A stretch of 64,000 nt of DNA from positions 78,030 to 142,029 of the forward strand of contig MNZB01000004.1 in assembly GCA_001873435.1 (NCBI GenBank), read 5' to 3'. Source of the stretch: Candidatus Pacebacteria bacterium CG2_30_36_39 (lineage in GTDB: Bacteria; Patescibacteriota; Microgenomatia; UBA1400; PJMF01). The notes below the pieces were generated by a model. It was not told the DNA's origin. It worked only from the letters and a program-made list of their open reading frames with translations, and searched no databases. Shown piece by piece: positions 38,593 to 48,262 of the stretch (the stretch's first letter is position 1; each line of letters starts with the position of its first letter). The position numbers were made by a program, and so were the translations under genes.

Positions 38593-39312
38593 ATGGTTGC
38601 CGAACAAATACCTCTGGTTATTTCTGAAATATATCCCAATCCACAAACTGGAGAACCAGAATGGATAGAAATATATAATCCAAATATTGAAAATATCAAC
38701 TTAGCTCAATGGGAAGTTTGGGATCAAGAATCACAACCGTCATTAATTTATAACTTTAATGACACAGAACAAATTAAAGCAAAACAATATCTCAGTTTAG
38801 AATTTTCAAGTGCTTTAAACAACAGCGGTGACTCGATTATCCTAAAAAATAATGTAAAACAAATAATCGATTCAATGACCTACGAAGAATCAAAAAAAGG
38901 ATATAGTTGGGTAAGAAACGAGATTTTACCTGAAGAAAAACCATGGCTAGGTCTACCATCTCGTGACAAAGCAAACATAATACCTACTCTTACGCCAACC
39001 AGCACACCAACGCTGGCACCAACACTAGTTCCAACTACTATTCCAACAACTGCTAATCCCAAAACAACACCTTCCGTTGTCAATCAAAAAAGTGAACCAA
39101 ATGCTAATTACCAAAAACAAAAAAAATTTGTTTACCCACAAACAATTCTCAATCCAAAAATACAAATTGCAACTAGTGAGGTAGATATTCTACCTAGTAT
39201 TTATGCTGAACCAGCACACATAGAAACAGGAGCTCTGAGTGTTATAATGGGGAGTCTGTTACTGCTCATTCCAGGCCTAATTTATGTCAAAAACAAACAG
39301 CAACTACTTTGA
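38593..39312 (+). CDS. lamin-tail-domain (LTD) surface protein with Thr/Pro linker and C-terminal membrane anchor
   Basis: ISEIYPNPQTGEPEWIEIYNPNIENINLAQWEV...NSGDSIILKNNVKQIIDSMTYEE matches the LTD pattern; TPTSTPTLAPTLVPTTIPTT linker; C-terminal hydrophobic helix plus KNKQQ. Confidence 0.6.
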   Translation: MVAEQIPLVISEIYPNPQTGEPEWIEIYNPNIENINLAQWEVWDQESQPSLIYNFNDTEQIKAKQYLSLEFSSALNNSGDSIILKNNVKQIIDSMTYEESKKGYSWVRNEILPEEKPWLGLPSRDKANIIPTLTPTSTPTLAPTLVPTTIPTTANPKTTPSVVNQKSEPNANYQKQKKFVYPQTILNPKIQIATSEVDILPSIYAEPAHIETGALSVIMGSLLLLIPGLIYVKNKQQLL

Positions 39313-39667
39313 AATTATTCTGTCATTTCTACCTGCAGTTGCTTGGGCTAGTTTAATTTATTATTTATCAAATCAACAAATCTTACCTGGCTTTACTGTT
39401 GATATCTGGGACTTTCTTCTTAAAAAATCAGCTCATATTTTTGTTTTTGCCTGCTTATATTTCCTTCTTCTCATGCCATACAAAAAATATGATTTGGCCC
39501 AAGGCAAAGCCCAGTGGCTTATTCCTTTGATTATTGCCATTTTATATGCCATGTTTGATGAATATCACCAATCTATTACGCCTGGTAGGCACCCATCATT
39601 AAGAGATGTTGGTTTTGATACACTTGGTTGTTCCCTGGTTTTACTTAAAAAGCTTGGATATATCTAG
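39284..39667 (+). CDS. VanZ-like family membrane protein
   Basis: 127 aa; DEYHQSITPGRHPSLRDVGFDTLG matches the VanZ signature. Confidence 0.6.
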   Translation: MSKTNSNYFEIILSFLPAVAWASLIYYLSNQQILPGFTVDIWDFLLKKSAHIFVFACLYFLLLMPYKKYDLAQGKAQWLIPLIIAILYAMFDEYHQSITPGRHPSLRDVGFDTLGCSLVLLKKLGYI

Positions 39668-39762
39668 CTTCTTATTTTTTCTCCCCCTTGACTCTAAACT
39701 TTAGCGAGTTAAACTGATTTCAGACTATATAAAAACATAATAAAAAGGACAGAAAGACCTCT

Positions 39763-40038
39763 ATGACCAAATCACAACTAATCACAATAATCGCAAAAAA
39801 AGCTCATCTAACAAAAAAAGCTTCGGAAGAAGCTGTTGAAACAGTGTTTGCTGAAATCATTCGTACTTTGAAAAAAGGCGACAAAGCAGTACTCTCTGGT
39901 TTTGGAACTTTCTATGTTAGTAAAGTTGGCGATAAACATGTTGAGCCATTCGGTAAGAAAGACAAACGCATGGTAGTTAAAGGCCACAGAGTGGTCAATT
40001 TCCGTGTTGGAAAACCTCTTAAAAGAGAAGTCTGGTAA
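39763..40038 (+). CDS. HU/IHF family DNA-binding protein
   Basis: 91 aa; MTKSQLITIIAKKAHLTKKASEEAVE...LSGFGTF...arm region. Confidence 0.8.
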   Translation: MTKSQLITIIAKKAHLTKKASEEAVETVFAEIIRTLKKGDKAVLSGFGTFYVSKVGDKHVEPFGKKDKRMVVKGHRVVNFRVGKPLKREVW

Positions 40039-40060
40039 TCAACAAAAATAAGAAAAATAA

Positions 40061-40084
40061 AAGGGGCTGAAAGGCCCCTTTTTT
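40061..40084. terminator. bidirectional intrinsic terminator (aaggggc-tgaaag-gcccctt plus TTTT)
   Basis: 7-bp G/C-rich stem flanked by A-run and T-run, between convergent HU gene and the 40102-40740 gene. Confidence 0.6.
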
Positions 40085-40101
40085 AGTTATACAAACAAAA
40101 T

Positions 40102-40740
40102 CTAATAATCATCTTCACTTAACTCAGCATAATCAATTCCATATTTACCACCATTAACATCTGATAGTTGTTTATGAACATCGGCATATTTGGTTTCTAA
40201 ATCATTCCAGTTAATAAAACAATTAATTACCTGATAACCTCTTGTATTGTATCCACTAGGAACAACAAAGTTATCCCAAATATCATCTGCCATACCATCT
40301 AAGTCATAGATATCTTCACTATCAATTGCAATTGAAGTTTCAGCGACCATAAGCAGTTTCTTGTTTATTGGATTCCAAACAATAAAACAATCTGCTCCAG
40401 AGTTTGAAGCGTCAGGATATTCTAGAATTGGCAAATTTGCTTCCCAAGGTTGTTCTGCCATCTCTGGATCAATCCCAGTTAACTCAAATCCTTCTTTAGC
40501 TTTTCTAATTTTCCCATCTGCTTCGAGTTGACGAAGAATTTTAAATAAATCCCTAAATTTTTCTTCACTAATATTTGGTAATTTTAAAGCTTCTTCAATA
40601 GCAGTGTAATTCATTATGCCACCAACACCCACATATTTAATCAATACATCCATAACCATATCTGGAGTTAAACTAATTTCCTCTGGCTTGCTCTCCGCTT
40701 TATTTTTATCTGAATGATCTTTAACTAATGTTTCTTGCAT
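40102..40740 (-). CDS. hypothetical acidic protein
   Basis: 212 aa, Asp/Glu-rich, ends EDDY; last gene in line after rplM-rpsI on the same strand. Confidence 0.5.
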   Translation of the reverse strand: MQETLVKDHSDKNKAESKPEEISLTPDMVMDVLIKYVGVGGIMNYTAIEEALKLPNISEEKFRDLFKILRQLEADGKIRKAKEGFELTGIDPEMAEQPWEANLPILEYPDASNSGADCFIVWNPINKKLLMVAETSIAIDSEDIYDLDGMADDIWDNFVVPSGYNTRGYQVINCFINWNDLETKYADVHKQLSDVNGGKYGIDYAELSEDDY

Positions 40741-40812
40741 TAAACATATTTATACCACAAAAAATCCCCCGCGTTTCCTTGGGGGATTTCCATTTTTCTG
40801 TATATAAAAAGC

Positions 40813-41328
40813 TTAACGCTTTGGAGATTGTCGTTTGCGACGGGCTTTGCCACCCATACCAATTTTACGAGTCTCTTTCATACGATCATTGCGAGTCATG
40901 AACCCAACAGCCTTTAAGAAAATCTTGAATTCTGGATTATATTCAACTAAGGCGCGTGAAAGACCATGAATTAAAGCTTCAATTTGAGCATTAATGCCAG
41001 ATCCCTTAACGGTTGCGGAAACTGCAAATTTACCTTTGGTGCCAGTTAATTCGAATGGCTTGGTATATAAAGCTTGAGCATTGTTGATGCCATGAAAATA
41101 TTCACCAGCGACCATGTTATTAACAACAAAATCACCACTACCCTCATAGATTCTGACACGAGCAGTAGCGACCTTGCGGCGACCAACAGCTTCGATATAA
41201 GAAGTCTTTGGGAAAGTGAATTCTCTGTGAATAGCTTTAGTAGAGCTAGAACGAGTTTGAGTAGTTATTTCTTTTTTAACTACTTTTTTAACTGTGCTCT
41301 TAGCTTTTTTGCGCATCTTAATAGCCAT
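40813..41328 (-). CDS. rpsI: 30S ribosomal protein S9 with about 40-aa basic N-terminal extension
   Basis: S9 core (GRRKVATARVR...GGGINAQIEALIHGLSRAL...RKRQSPKR). Confidence 0.85.
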   Translation of the reverse strand: MAIKMRKKAKSTVKKVVKKEITTQTRSSSTKAIHREFTFPKTSYIEAVGRRKVATARVRIYEGSGDFVVNNMVAGEYFHGINNAQALYTKPFELTGTKGKFAVSATVKGSGINAQIEALIHGLSRALVEYNPEFKIFLKAVGFMTRNDRMKETRKIGMGGKARRKRQSPKR

Positions 41329-41329
41329 A

Positions 41330-41758
41330 TTATTTGCCTCCCAATTGACTTGCGTGTTTGTGTTCAGCGCCTTCGTAAATCTTTAAACGAGCCATGCGCT
41401 CACCTTGTAAACGATTTTTTGGCAACATATTTTTTACTGCCAAACGAATCACTTCTTCAGGATTTTTTTGAATCATTTCTTCAAAAGTTCTTTGTTTTAA
41501 GCCACCTGGAAAACCAGTGTGTCTGTAGTAAATCTTTTTTAATTCCTTACCACGAGTAACAGCAACTTCTCTAGCATTAATAACTACTACGAAATCACCA
41601 GCATCAGTGTGAGGAGTATAGGTTGGCTTATTTTTACCAATTAGCATTACTGCAATTTCGGTAGCAATACGACCCAAAACCTTATCTTTAACATCAACTA
41701 AATGCCACTCTCTAGTGACATCTTCTTTGCGTTGCATAAATGTAGTCTGTGTTTTCAT
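41330..41758 (-). CDS. rplM: 50S ribosomal protein L13
   Basis: REWHLVDVKDKVLGRIATEIA...YYRHTGFPGG. Confidence 0.9.
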   Translation of the reverse strand: MKTQTTFMQRKEDVTREWHLVDVKDKVLGRIATEIAVMLIGKNKPTYTPHTDAGDFVVVINAREVAVTRGKELKKIYYRHTGFPGGLKQRTFEEMIQKNPEEVIRLAVKNMLPKNRLQGERMARLKIYEGAEHKHASQLGGK

Positions 41759-41759
41759 G

Positions 41760-42224
41760 TTATTCTGCCTTCTTCACTGTTTTTTTTGCAGCTGGTTTCT
41801 TAGCAACTTTAACTTCTTTTTTCTCGGTTTTCTCAGCTTTTGGAGCTTTTAAACCAACTTTTTTAGCAGTTGCTTCAACTAAGCTTAGTTTTACTACATC
41901 AGCGTTATCGCCACGACGAGTACCTAGTTTTTCAATAGAACTAAAGCCAGAAATTCTGTCTTTCATAGCTGGAGCTATGCGTTCAACTAAAGTATTTACG
42001 ACATCTCTCTTACCAAAGAAAGTATGTAATAAGCGACGGGTTGCCAAAGAATCAGTTTTTGCTTTGCCGATAAGTTTATCAGCCCAACGTTTAGTTTCTT
42101 TAGCTTTAGCTTCTGAAGTCACAATTTCACCCTGCTCGATTAAAGCACGAACTAAATTGCGCAAAAGAGCCTTGCGATGCTTGGTATCTCTACCCAATTG
42201 TTTTGTTTTCTGTCTATGTCTCAT
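41760..42224 (-). CDS. rplQ: 50S ribosomal protein L17 with Lys/Ala-rich C-terminal tail
   Basis: MRHRQKTKQLGRDTKHRKALLRNL; KAPKAEKTEKKEVKVAKKPAAKK tail. Confidence 0.85.
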   Translation of the reverse strand: MRHRQKTKQLGRDTKHRKALLRNLVRALIEQGEIVTSEAKAKETKRWADKLIGKAKTDSLATRRLLHTFFGKRDVVNTLVERIAPAMKDRISGFSSIEKLGTRRGDNADVVKLSLVEATAKKVGLKAPKAEKTEKKEVKVAKKPAAKKTVKKAE

Positions 42225-42248
42225 GGCTTAGTACCTTTTGTCTGTAAA

Positions 42249-43193
42249 TTAATCTTCCAAACTCACGCCTTTTTTCAAAAGAGCGTCATTGATCAAATCA
42301 ATACTCTTACCGCCCAAATTCTTGACTTTGGAAACCACGGATTTTGAAGCACCGGATAGGTCACCAACAGTCTTGAAACCACCCTTGCGTAAAGCATTAG
42401 CGATACGGGTAGGCAAATCAAGTTCTTCAACAGTCAAGCGCAATGTCTCGGCTTCTTCAGGAGAGAGTTGAGGCTCTTCTTCTTTAACCTCGATCACTGT
42501 GGGGTTGAAAACTTGAGTAAATTGTTTGGCTAAAATATTTGCAGAAGCTTTGACTGCTTCAAGAGGAGAGATGGTGCCATCAGTTTGAACATCCATAACT
42601 ACTCTATCGAAGTCAGTACGACGACCAACACGGGTAGATTCTACTTTGTAAGAAACTTTGGTTACTGGTGAAAAAAGTGCATCAACAGCAATTTGACCAA
42701 TTACGCCAGTTTCCATTTCGGTGGCCATACGATAACCAGTGCCAGTCTCAACAGTCATTTCGACTTCAAGCTTCTTGCCTTTAGCAATGGTAGCGATAAC
42801 CTGTTCTGGATTTACAATTTCAAAACCAGCTTCAACTTCAATGTCGGCTGCAGTTACTTCTTTTGGACCTTTAGCATTAATGCGTAAAACGCCAGAACCG
42901 TCATGGTCAGCTTTTACACGAACTAATTTGAGATTCAAAATTAATTCAATAATATCTTCGCTCAAACCTTCTAAAGTAGCAAATTGATGATCAACACCAT
43001 CAATCATTACGGAAGTAATAGCTGCTCCTGGCAAAGAAGCCAAAAGCACTCTACGTAAAGCATTACCTAAAGTGTGGCCATAGCCTTGCTCTAAAGGTTC
43101 GATTACCAAGCGAGCTTGGGAATCGGTAGCTTCAACCTCACTAACTGTGAAGGATGGGTTCATGTATGCGTATTTATTTAAATCAAGTTTCAT
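42249..43193 (-). CDS. rpoA: DNA-directed RNA polymerase subunit alpha
   Basis: 314 aa; N-terminal dimerisation domain (EPLEQGYGHTLGNALRR), C-terminal alpha-CTD HhH. Confidence 0.9.
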   Translation of the reverse strand: MKLDLNKYAYMNPSFTVSEVEATDSQARLVIEPLEQGYGHTLGNALRRVLLASLPGAAITSVMIDGVDHQFATLEGLSEDIIELILNLKLVRVKADHDGSGVLRINAKGPKEVTAADIEVEAGFEIVNPEQVIATIAKGKKLEVEMTVETGTGYRMATEMETGVIGQIAVDALFSPVTKVSYKVESTRVGRRTDFDRVVMDVQTDGTISPLEAVKASANILAKQFTQVFNPTVIEVKEEEPQLSPEEAETLRLTVEELDLPTRIANALRKGGFKTVGDLSGASKSVVSKVKNLGGKSIDLINDALLKKGVSLED

Positions 43194-43290
43194 AGAGTCT
43201 CCTTTTTGTTTCTTCTCCCCTTTTTTTTATCGGGAATCTGTTTTCAAGTTCTCTTATTTTTACTACTTTTTTATACTCTTACTAATTTCC

Positions 43291-43896
43291 TTAACGACTA
43301 TAGAACTCAACAATCAATTGTTCTTGAATGTTTTCAACGATATCTTCACGTTCTGGAAGACGTTGTACTTTTGCTATAGTAGCTTTCTTTTCCAACCAAG
43401 CTGGTGGTACTGCAGAATCTTCTTTTAGAAGTTCAGCAACCATAGGCACCTTGGATGATTTGTCATTGAGTTTGATTACATCACCAACTTTTACTGAATA
43501 AGAAGGAATATTCATTTTCTTATTATTCACTGTAAAATGACTGTGATTTACTAATTGACGAGCAGCTGGTCTGGTTGGAGCCCAACCCAAACGGTAAACC
43601 ACGTTATCAAGTCTTCTCTCTAATAAGCCCAAAAGCACAGTACCAGTAGCGAGAGGATTTTTACTAGCCTCACTATAAATACGGTGAAGTTGTTTTTCCA
43701 ACACACCATACATGTACTTAACTTTTTGCTTCTCACGAAGTTGGGTGCCGTAATCAGATACTTTGCGACGTCTTAAGCCGTGTTGGCCTGGTCTAGTATG
43801 GATACGACGAGCAACTTTTAAAGAGTTAGATTTTAAACCTAAATCTTCACCAATTTGTCTCTGTAATCTTTGTTTTGGTCCTGTATATCTTGCCAT
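43291..43896 (-). CDS. rpsD: 30S ribosomal protein S4
   Basis: MARYTGPKQRL...RLDNVVYRLGWA. Confidence 0.9.
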   Translation of the reverse strand: MARYTGPKQRLQRQIGEDLGLKSNSLKVARRIHTRPGQHGLRRRKVSDYGTQLREKQKVKYMYGVLEKQLHRIYSEASKNPLATGTVLLGLLERRLDNVVYRLGWAPTRPAARQLVNHSHFTVNNKKMNIPSYSVKVGDVIKLNDKSSKVPMVAELLKEDSAVPPAWLEKKATIAKVQRLPEREDIVENIQEQLIVEFYSR

Positions 43897-43907
43897 ATAT
43901 CAATCCT

Positions 43908-44300
43908 CTATCTATTGTGTTTTGCTTTTCTAGGACGAGTTCCATTGTGTGGAACGGGTGTAGTGTCGGCAATCATGCTAACTCTAATGCCCTGAGCTCT
44001 TAATACACGAAGTGCGACGTCTCTGCCTGGTCCTGGACCTTTAAGATAGACATCCATTTCATTCATACCAAAAACTTTTGCACGATTTACAGCATTTTCA
44101 ACTGTAATAGTTGCTGCATAAGGGGTAGATTTACGAGAACCAGTAAAACCAGCTCCGCCAGTACTTGCCCAACATAAGACAGCACCTTTGTCATCAGTAA
44201 TACTAACTAAAGTGTTATTAAAAGTAGCACTAACGTACAAACGACCTTTAGGCACTACTCTTTGATTTTTTTTGGTTGTTTTAGTTTTTTCCTGTACCAT
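43908..44300 (-). CDS. rpsK: 30S ribosomal protein S11
   Basis: ASTGGAGFTGSRKSTPYAA... Confidence 0.9.
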   Translation of the reverse strand: MVQEKTKTTKKNQRVVPKGRLYVSATFNNTLVSITDDKGAVLCWASTGGAGFTGSRKSTPYAATITVENAVNRAKVFGMNEMDVYLKGPGPGRDVALRVLRAQGIRVSMIADTTPVPHNGTRPRKAKHNR

Positions 44301-44311
44301 ATATCTTCCTG

Positions 44312-44716
44312 TTATTTAGTTGTAGCTGCTTCTGCTTTAGCTGCAGCTTCCTTAGAAATAGAGCCAACAGTCTTGCGACCACCACCACGTGCTGTACGAG
44401 AGTTCACTTTAGTTCTTTGTCCACGAACTGGAAGACCCATGGAGTGACGTAAGCCGCGATATGCTTTAATACGTTTTAAACGGTTAATATTATCACTAAT
44501 CATTCTACGCAAATCACCTTCTAGAGGGTATTTTTCTAAAATGCGTTGAATTCTATTAACTTCATCTGAGGTGAGATCGCGAGCGCGAGTCTCTGGGTTG
44601 ATTTTAGCTTGAGCTACTACATCTTCAGCAATTTTTTGACCGACGCCAAAAACTGAACGTAGTGAGTAAACTACTTTTTTATATTCTGGGATGTCTGTAC
44701 CGGCAATACGAGGCAT
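44312..44716 (-). CDS. rpsM: 30S ribosomal protein S13
   Basis: MPRIAGTDIP...GLRHSMGLPVRGQRTK. Confidence 0.9.
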   Translation of the reverse strand: MPRIAGTDIPEYKKVVYSLRSVFGVGQKIAEDVVAQAKINPETRARDLTSDEVNRIQRILEKYPLEGDLRRMISDNINRLKRIKAYRGLRHSMGLPVRGQRTKVNSRTARGGGRKTVGSISKEAAAKAEAATTK

Positions 44717-44727
44717 ATTTTTTATCC

Positions 44728-44841
44728 TTATCCTTGACGTTGTTTATGTTTCTTATTAACACAAATAACACGTAAAGTTCCTTTACGTCTTACAAATTTG
44801 CACTGTTTACACATCTTCTTAAGCGAAGCTCTGACTTTCAT
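44728..44841 (-). CDS. rpmJ: 50S ribosomal protein L36
   Basis: not in ORF track (37 aa); manual translation [37 protein letters not shown] (C-x2-C...C-x4-H zinc ribbon). Confidence 0.8.
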   Translation of the reverse strand: MKVRASLKKMCKQCKFVRRKGTLRVICVNKKHKQRQG

Positions 44842-44861
44842 AATAAGTCCTGGGTTGTTTC

Positions 44862-45203
44862 TTATGTACTATGTACCGGTCTATTATTATTTACCCGATA
44901 CGTAACTTTACACTTTGTTACATCATACTTGGATACGTAGCCTTTAACCACATCTCCAGGCATGACTCGAATGCGATAGAGGCGCATCTTGCCGGCTAAA
45001 GTGCCAAGTAGCACTCTGTCCATCATTTGCTCAACTTCACATTCTGTCACCTTGACACGAAACATCGTGTTAGGTAAACATTCTGTCACTTCTCCAACTA
45101 TTTCTATCCGATCAACTTGTTCCGCCTTTGCAGCTGTAGTGTCCAGTTGTCTGCGTCCCTTAGCTGCTCGTTTATGATCTTGTACTTTTCCCATAGATAT
45201 CAA
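44862..45203 (-). CDS. infA: translation initiation factor IF-1 with N-terminal extension
   Basis: S1-like core [10 protein letters not shown]...GKMR.YRIRV.PGD.V; about 30-aa basic N-terminal extension and an internal insertion. Confidence 0.75.
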   Translation of the reverse strand: MISMGKVQDHKRAAKGRRQLDTTAAKAEQVDRIEIVGEVTECLPNTMFRVKVTECEVEQMMDRVLLGTLAGKMRLYRIRVMPGDVVKGYVSKYDVTKCKVTYRVNNNRPVHST

Positions 45204-45254
45204 TAATGACGCCTGATTATACCAAACGTAATCATTTTTGTCACAGAGGAAAAA

Positions 45255-45797
45255 TTACTGTCTTGCTTCAATTGCTTTTGTAATGTCTGCGAAGACTTCT
45301 TCCACGGTTTGCTCACCGTCTATCTTGATTAATTTTCCCACTTTTTCGTAATATTTTAATACATCAGATGTAACTTCATGAAAAAGTTCAATTCTCTTTC
45401 TTAAAGCCTGAAGAGTCTCATCTTCACGATCTGAAACACGTCCTGAAATTCTCCAAAGCGCTTCCTTGTCAGAAACATCAATTAAAACCACCATATCAAC
45501 TTCATCTCCTAGTACCTCTGCCTGAGCTTCAGTGCGAGGAAAACCGTCCATAATATAGCCTTTGCTATATTCTGGTCTATGGAGATACTCCATAACGATT
45601 TCAACTGCTGTTGCATCTGGAACTAGAGCTCCAGAATTTAAAGTTTCTTTTAACCAACGACCTAATCTAGTTTTACTTTTAGACATTTGACGGAAAATAT
45701 GACCAGAAGAAAGATAGGGTACTCCAAATTTCTCTGACATCATATTACCCTGGGTTGATTTTCCAGCCCCTTGAATACCAACTAAGACGATTTTCAC
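45255..45797 (-). CDS. adk: adenylate kinase (short form)
   Basis: P-loop GIQGAGKSTQG; 180 aa. Confidence 0.85.
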   Translation of the reverse strand: MKIVLVGIQGAGKSTQGNMMSEKFGVPYLSSGHIFRQMSKSKTRLGRWLKETLNSGALVPDATAVEIVMEYLHRPEYSKGYIMDGFPRTEAQAEVLGDEVDMVVLIDVSDKEALWRISGRVSDREDETLQALRKRIELFHEVTSDVLKYYEKVGKLIKIDGEQTVEEVFADITKAIEARQ

Positions 45798-45817
45798 GTT
45801 TAACTCCCCTTTATTAG

Positions 45818-47107
45818 TTATTGATACTTGTCGTAATCCTGTCCGACTAACATGCTTTCTGCTTGTTTAGTTGTCTCTAAAATTACAGAAACAACGATTA
45901 ACACACTAGTTCCACCAATTGCCAAAGACTGCACTCCAGTCAACATTTGAGCGATGGATGGCAATAAAGCCAAAATACCTAAAAATACTGCACCAACCAA
46001 AGTAATACGAACCACAACATACTCCAAAAACTTCTTTGTTGGACCGCCTGGTCTAATACCAGGAACAAAAGCTCCACTCTTCTTTAGCTCATCAGAAATA
46101 TCTTGAGCATTAAAAAAGATTAGAGCAGAAAAAAAGGTAAAACTGAAAACTAACAAGAAATACGAAATCAAATATATGGGTGAAGTTTCCTGGAACCAAC
46201 GAGTTAGGTTTTGACCCCAAGCCACAAACTGTAAATTACCAGAAGAAGTTAAAACTTTACCAATAAAAGAAGGTGCCATCATTAGAGACACGGCAAAGAT
46301 AATTGGCATAACACCAGCTACATTTACTTTAATTGGTAAATGAGTTGTTTGGCCACCATAGGTCTTTCCACCCCTAGTTCTTTTGGCATATTGAATATTA
46401 ACTTTACGTACTGCTTCATTGATATAAACAATCATGGCAATTAAAGCTACAAACATTAAAACAAATACAATCAAAGTCATAGCTTCTGTTGAAGTAACTA
46501 CTGACAGTGTTTGTGAAACAGCTACTGGAATTTGACTAACGATACCAGCAAAAAGAACCATAGAAATTCCATTGCCTAATCCATATTCAGAGACTAATTC
46601 TCCCAACCACAACATAATCATTGCTCCAGCTACCATTGTTAAAACCATGGCTATTAATACTGTTGGAGTAGCGGCTGTTAATAGATTTTGAGATCTCAAT
46701 AAAGCAATGACGGAAATACTTTGCACTAAAGCAAAGGGAACACTTAAAAGACGGGTGTATTGGTTAATTTTTGCTCTTCCTGCTTCACCATCTTCTTTTT
46801 GCATTTCTTTGAGCTTGGGAAAAACCATTCCAGCCAACTGCATAATAATAGAGGCAGTAATGTATGGATTAATACCAACGGCTACTATGGAAAATCTAGA
46901 CAAAGTACCACCAGCAAAAATATTTAGTAAACTCAAAAACTGATTACCAGCAAAAAGCTGTTGCAATTGAGCTACATTAACACCTGGCACTGGGATATGA
47001 GCAAAGAGACGAAAGATTAGAAAAATTGTTGCAGTGAAGATAAGCTTCTTTTTGAGCTCTTCGTTGGCGAAAATAGCTCGGATTTTTTGTATTGCTGTAT
47101 CTATCAC
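45818..47107 (-). CDS. secY: preprotein translocase subunit SecY
   Basis: 429 aa, 10 TM helices, SecY plug/hinge motifs. Confidence 0.9.
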   Translation of the reverse strand: MIDTAIQKIRAIFANEELKKKLIFTATIFLIFRLFAHIPVPGVNVAQLQQLFAGNQFLSLLNIFAGGTLSRFSIVAVGINPYITASIIMQLAGMVFPKLKEMQKEDGEAGRAKINQYTRLLSVPFALVQSISVIALLRSQNLLTAATPTVLIAMVLTMVAGAMIMLWLGELVSEYGLGNGISMVLFAGIVSQIPVAVSQTLSVVTSTEAMTLIVFVLMFVALIAMIVYINEAVRKVNIQYAKRTRGGKTYGGQTTHLPIKVNVAGVMPIIFAVSLMMAPSFIGKVLTSSGNLQFVAWGQNLTRWFQETSPIYLISYFLLVFSFTFFSALIFFNAQDISDELKKSGAFVPGIRPGGPTKKFLEYVVVRITLVGAVFLGILALLPSIAQMLTGVQSLAIGGTSVLIVVSVILETTKQAESMLVGQDYDKYQ

Positions 47108-47114
47108 AGATTTT

Positions 47115-47552
47115 TTATTCTACCGAACCACCCAGCTTTTGAATAGCTTCAACTGCTTGAGCTGAGGCTTTCACACCCTTGACTGAAAGTTTTTTAGTCA
47201 AAGTACCTGAGTTTACGATCTTGGCTTTTTTAAAGCCTTTTTCGATTACTTTATGAAGTTTTAATGTTTCCAAAGTAATTTCAGTAACTGGCATTTTCTC
47301 CAAATCAGTGAGGTTAATTTCAGCAGTTGGATTTAAAACACTGAAACGACCTTTACCACGAATCATTGGATATTTCTTCACACCTGGTAATTGTCCACCT
47401 TCAAACCAAAGAGGGATTTTGCTACCAACACGAGAAGTTTGGCCTTTTTGTCCTCTACTAGAAGTGTGTCCACCTTTACCAGAACCGTAACCACGACCCA
47501 ATCTCTTTTTAGAGCGAGCAGTTATTTTGGTTAGTGATTGTAACAATGACAT
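47115..47552 (-). CDS. rplO: 50S ribosomal protein L15
   Basis: RLGRGYGSGKGGHTSSRGQKGQ. Confidence 0.9.
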   Translation of the reverse strand: MSLLQSLTKITARSKKRLGRGYGSGKGGHTSSRGQKGQTSRVGSKIPLWFEGGQLPGVKKYPMIRGKGRFSVLNPTAEINLTDLEKMPVTEITLETLKLHKVIEKGFKKAKIVNSGTLTKKLSVKGVKASAQAVEAIQKLGGSVE

Positions 47553-47568
47553 GATTTAATCCTTTTAA

Positions 47569-48261
47569 TTAAGCTTTTTTAACAGCTTTTTTGGCTGCTG
47601 GTTTACTTACAACTTTTTTAGGAGCAGCTTTAACCACGTTTTTTTCTTTATTATCTACTTTAGCAATAACTTTTTTAGCTTCCTTAGCATCTGCTATATT
47701 TGCAGTAGCTTTGGCTTTTTCTTGAAGTTCTTTGATTTTCTCTTTTTCTTCTTTTTCAATATCAATGATTGAACGAAGTGAGATGCCACGAATATCCACG
47801 ATCTGTTGAATTTTCTTTAAAGCTTCAAAGGCTGCGTAAACACTAGAAGCTTGATTATCACTGCCAAGAATCTTAGCAGAAATATCTCTAATACCTGCAA
47901 CTTCAACTAAAGCTCTAACTGGACCACCAGCGATTACACCAGTACCTTTTGGAGCTGGTTTTAGTAGTACACGACCAGCGCCTTTTTTGACTTCCATCTT
48001 AAAAGGAATAGTGGTGCCATCTAGAGGAACTAAGATCATTTTTTTCTTAGCTTTTTTAATGCCTTTTTTGATAGCAGCAACCACATCTGGAGCTTTACCA
48101 AGTCCAATACCGACCTTGCCTTTTTTATCACCAACCACCATTAAAATGGAAAAGCCCATTTTATTGCCACCTTTGGTTTTCTTTGAAACTCTAGAGATTT
48201 GAATAACTTTCTCTTCAAATTCTTTGGGTTCAGTTGGTTTGTTGTTGCGATGATCTGACAT
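47569..48261 (-). CDS. rpsE: 30S ribosomal protein S5 with Lys/Ala-rich C-terminal tail
   Basis: start set at MSDHRN (ATG 48261); S5 core (VSRVSKKTKGG...GIGLGKA); tail KAAPKKVVSKPAAKKAVKKA. Confidence 0.85.
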   Translation of the reverse strand: MSDHRNNKPTEPKEFEEKVIQISRVSKKTKGGNKMGFSILMVVGDKKGKVGIGLGKAPDVVAAIKKGIKKAKKKMILVPLDGTTIPFKMEVKKGAGRVLLKPAPKGTGVIAGGPVRALVEVAGIRDISAKILGSDNQASSVYAAFEALKKIQQIVDIRGISLRSIIDIEKEEKEKIKELQEKAKATANIADAKEAKKVIAKVDNKEKNVVKAAPKKVVSKPAAKKAVKKA

Positions 48262-48262
48262 A

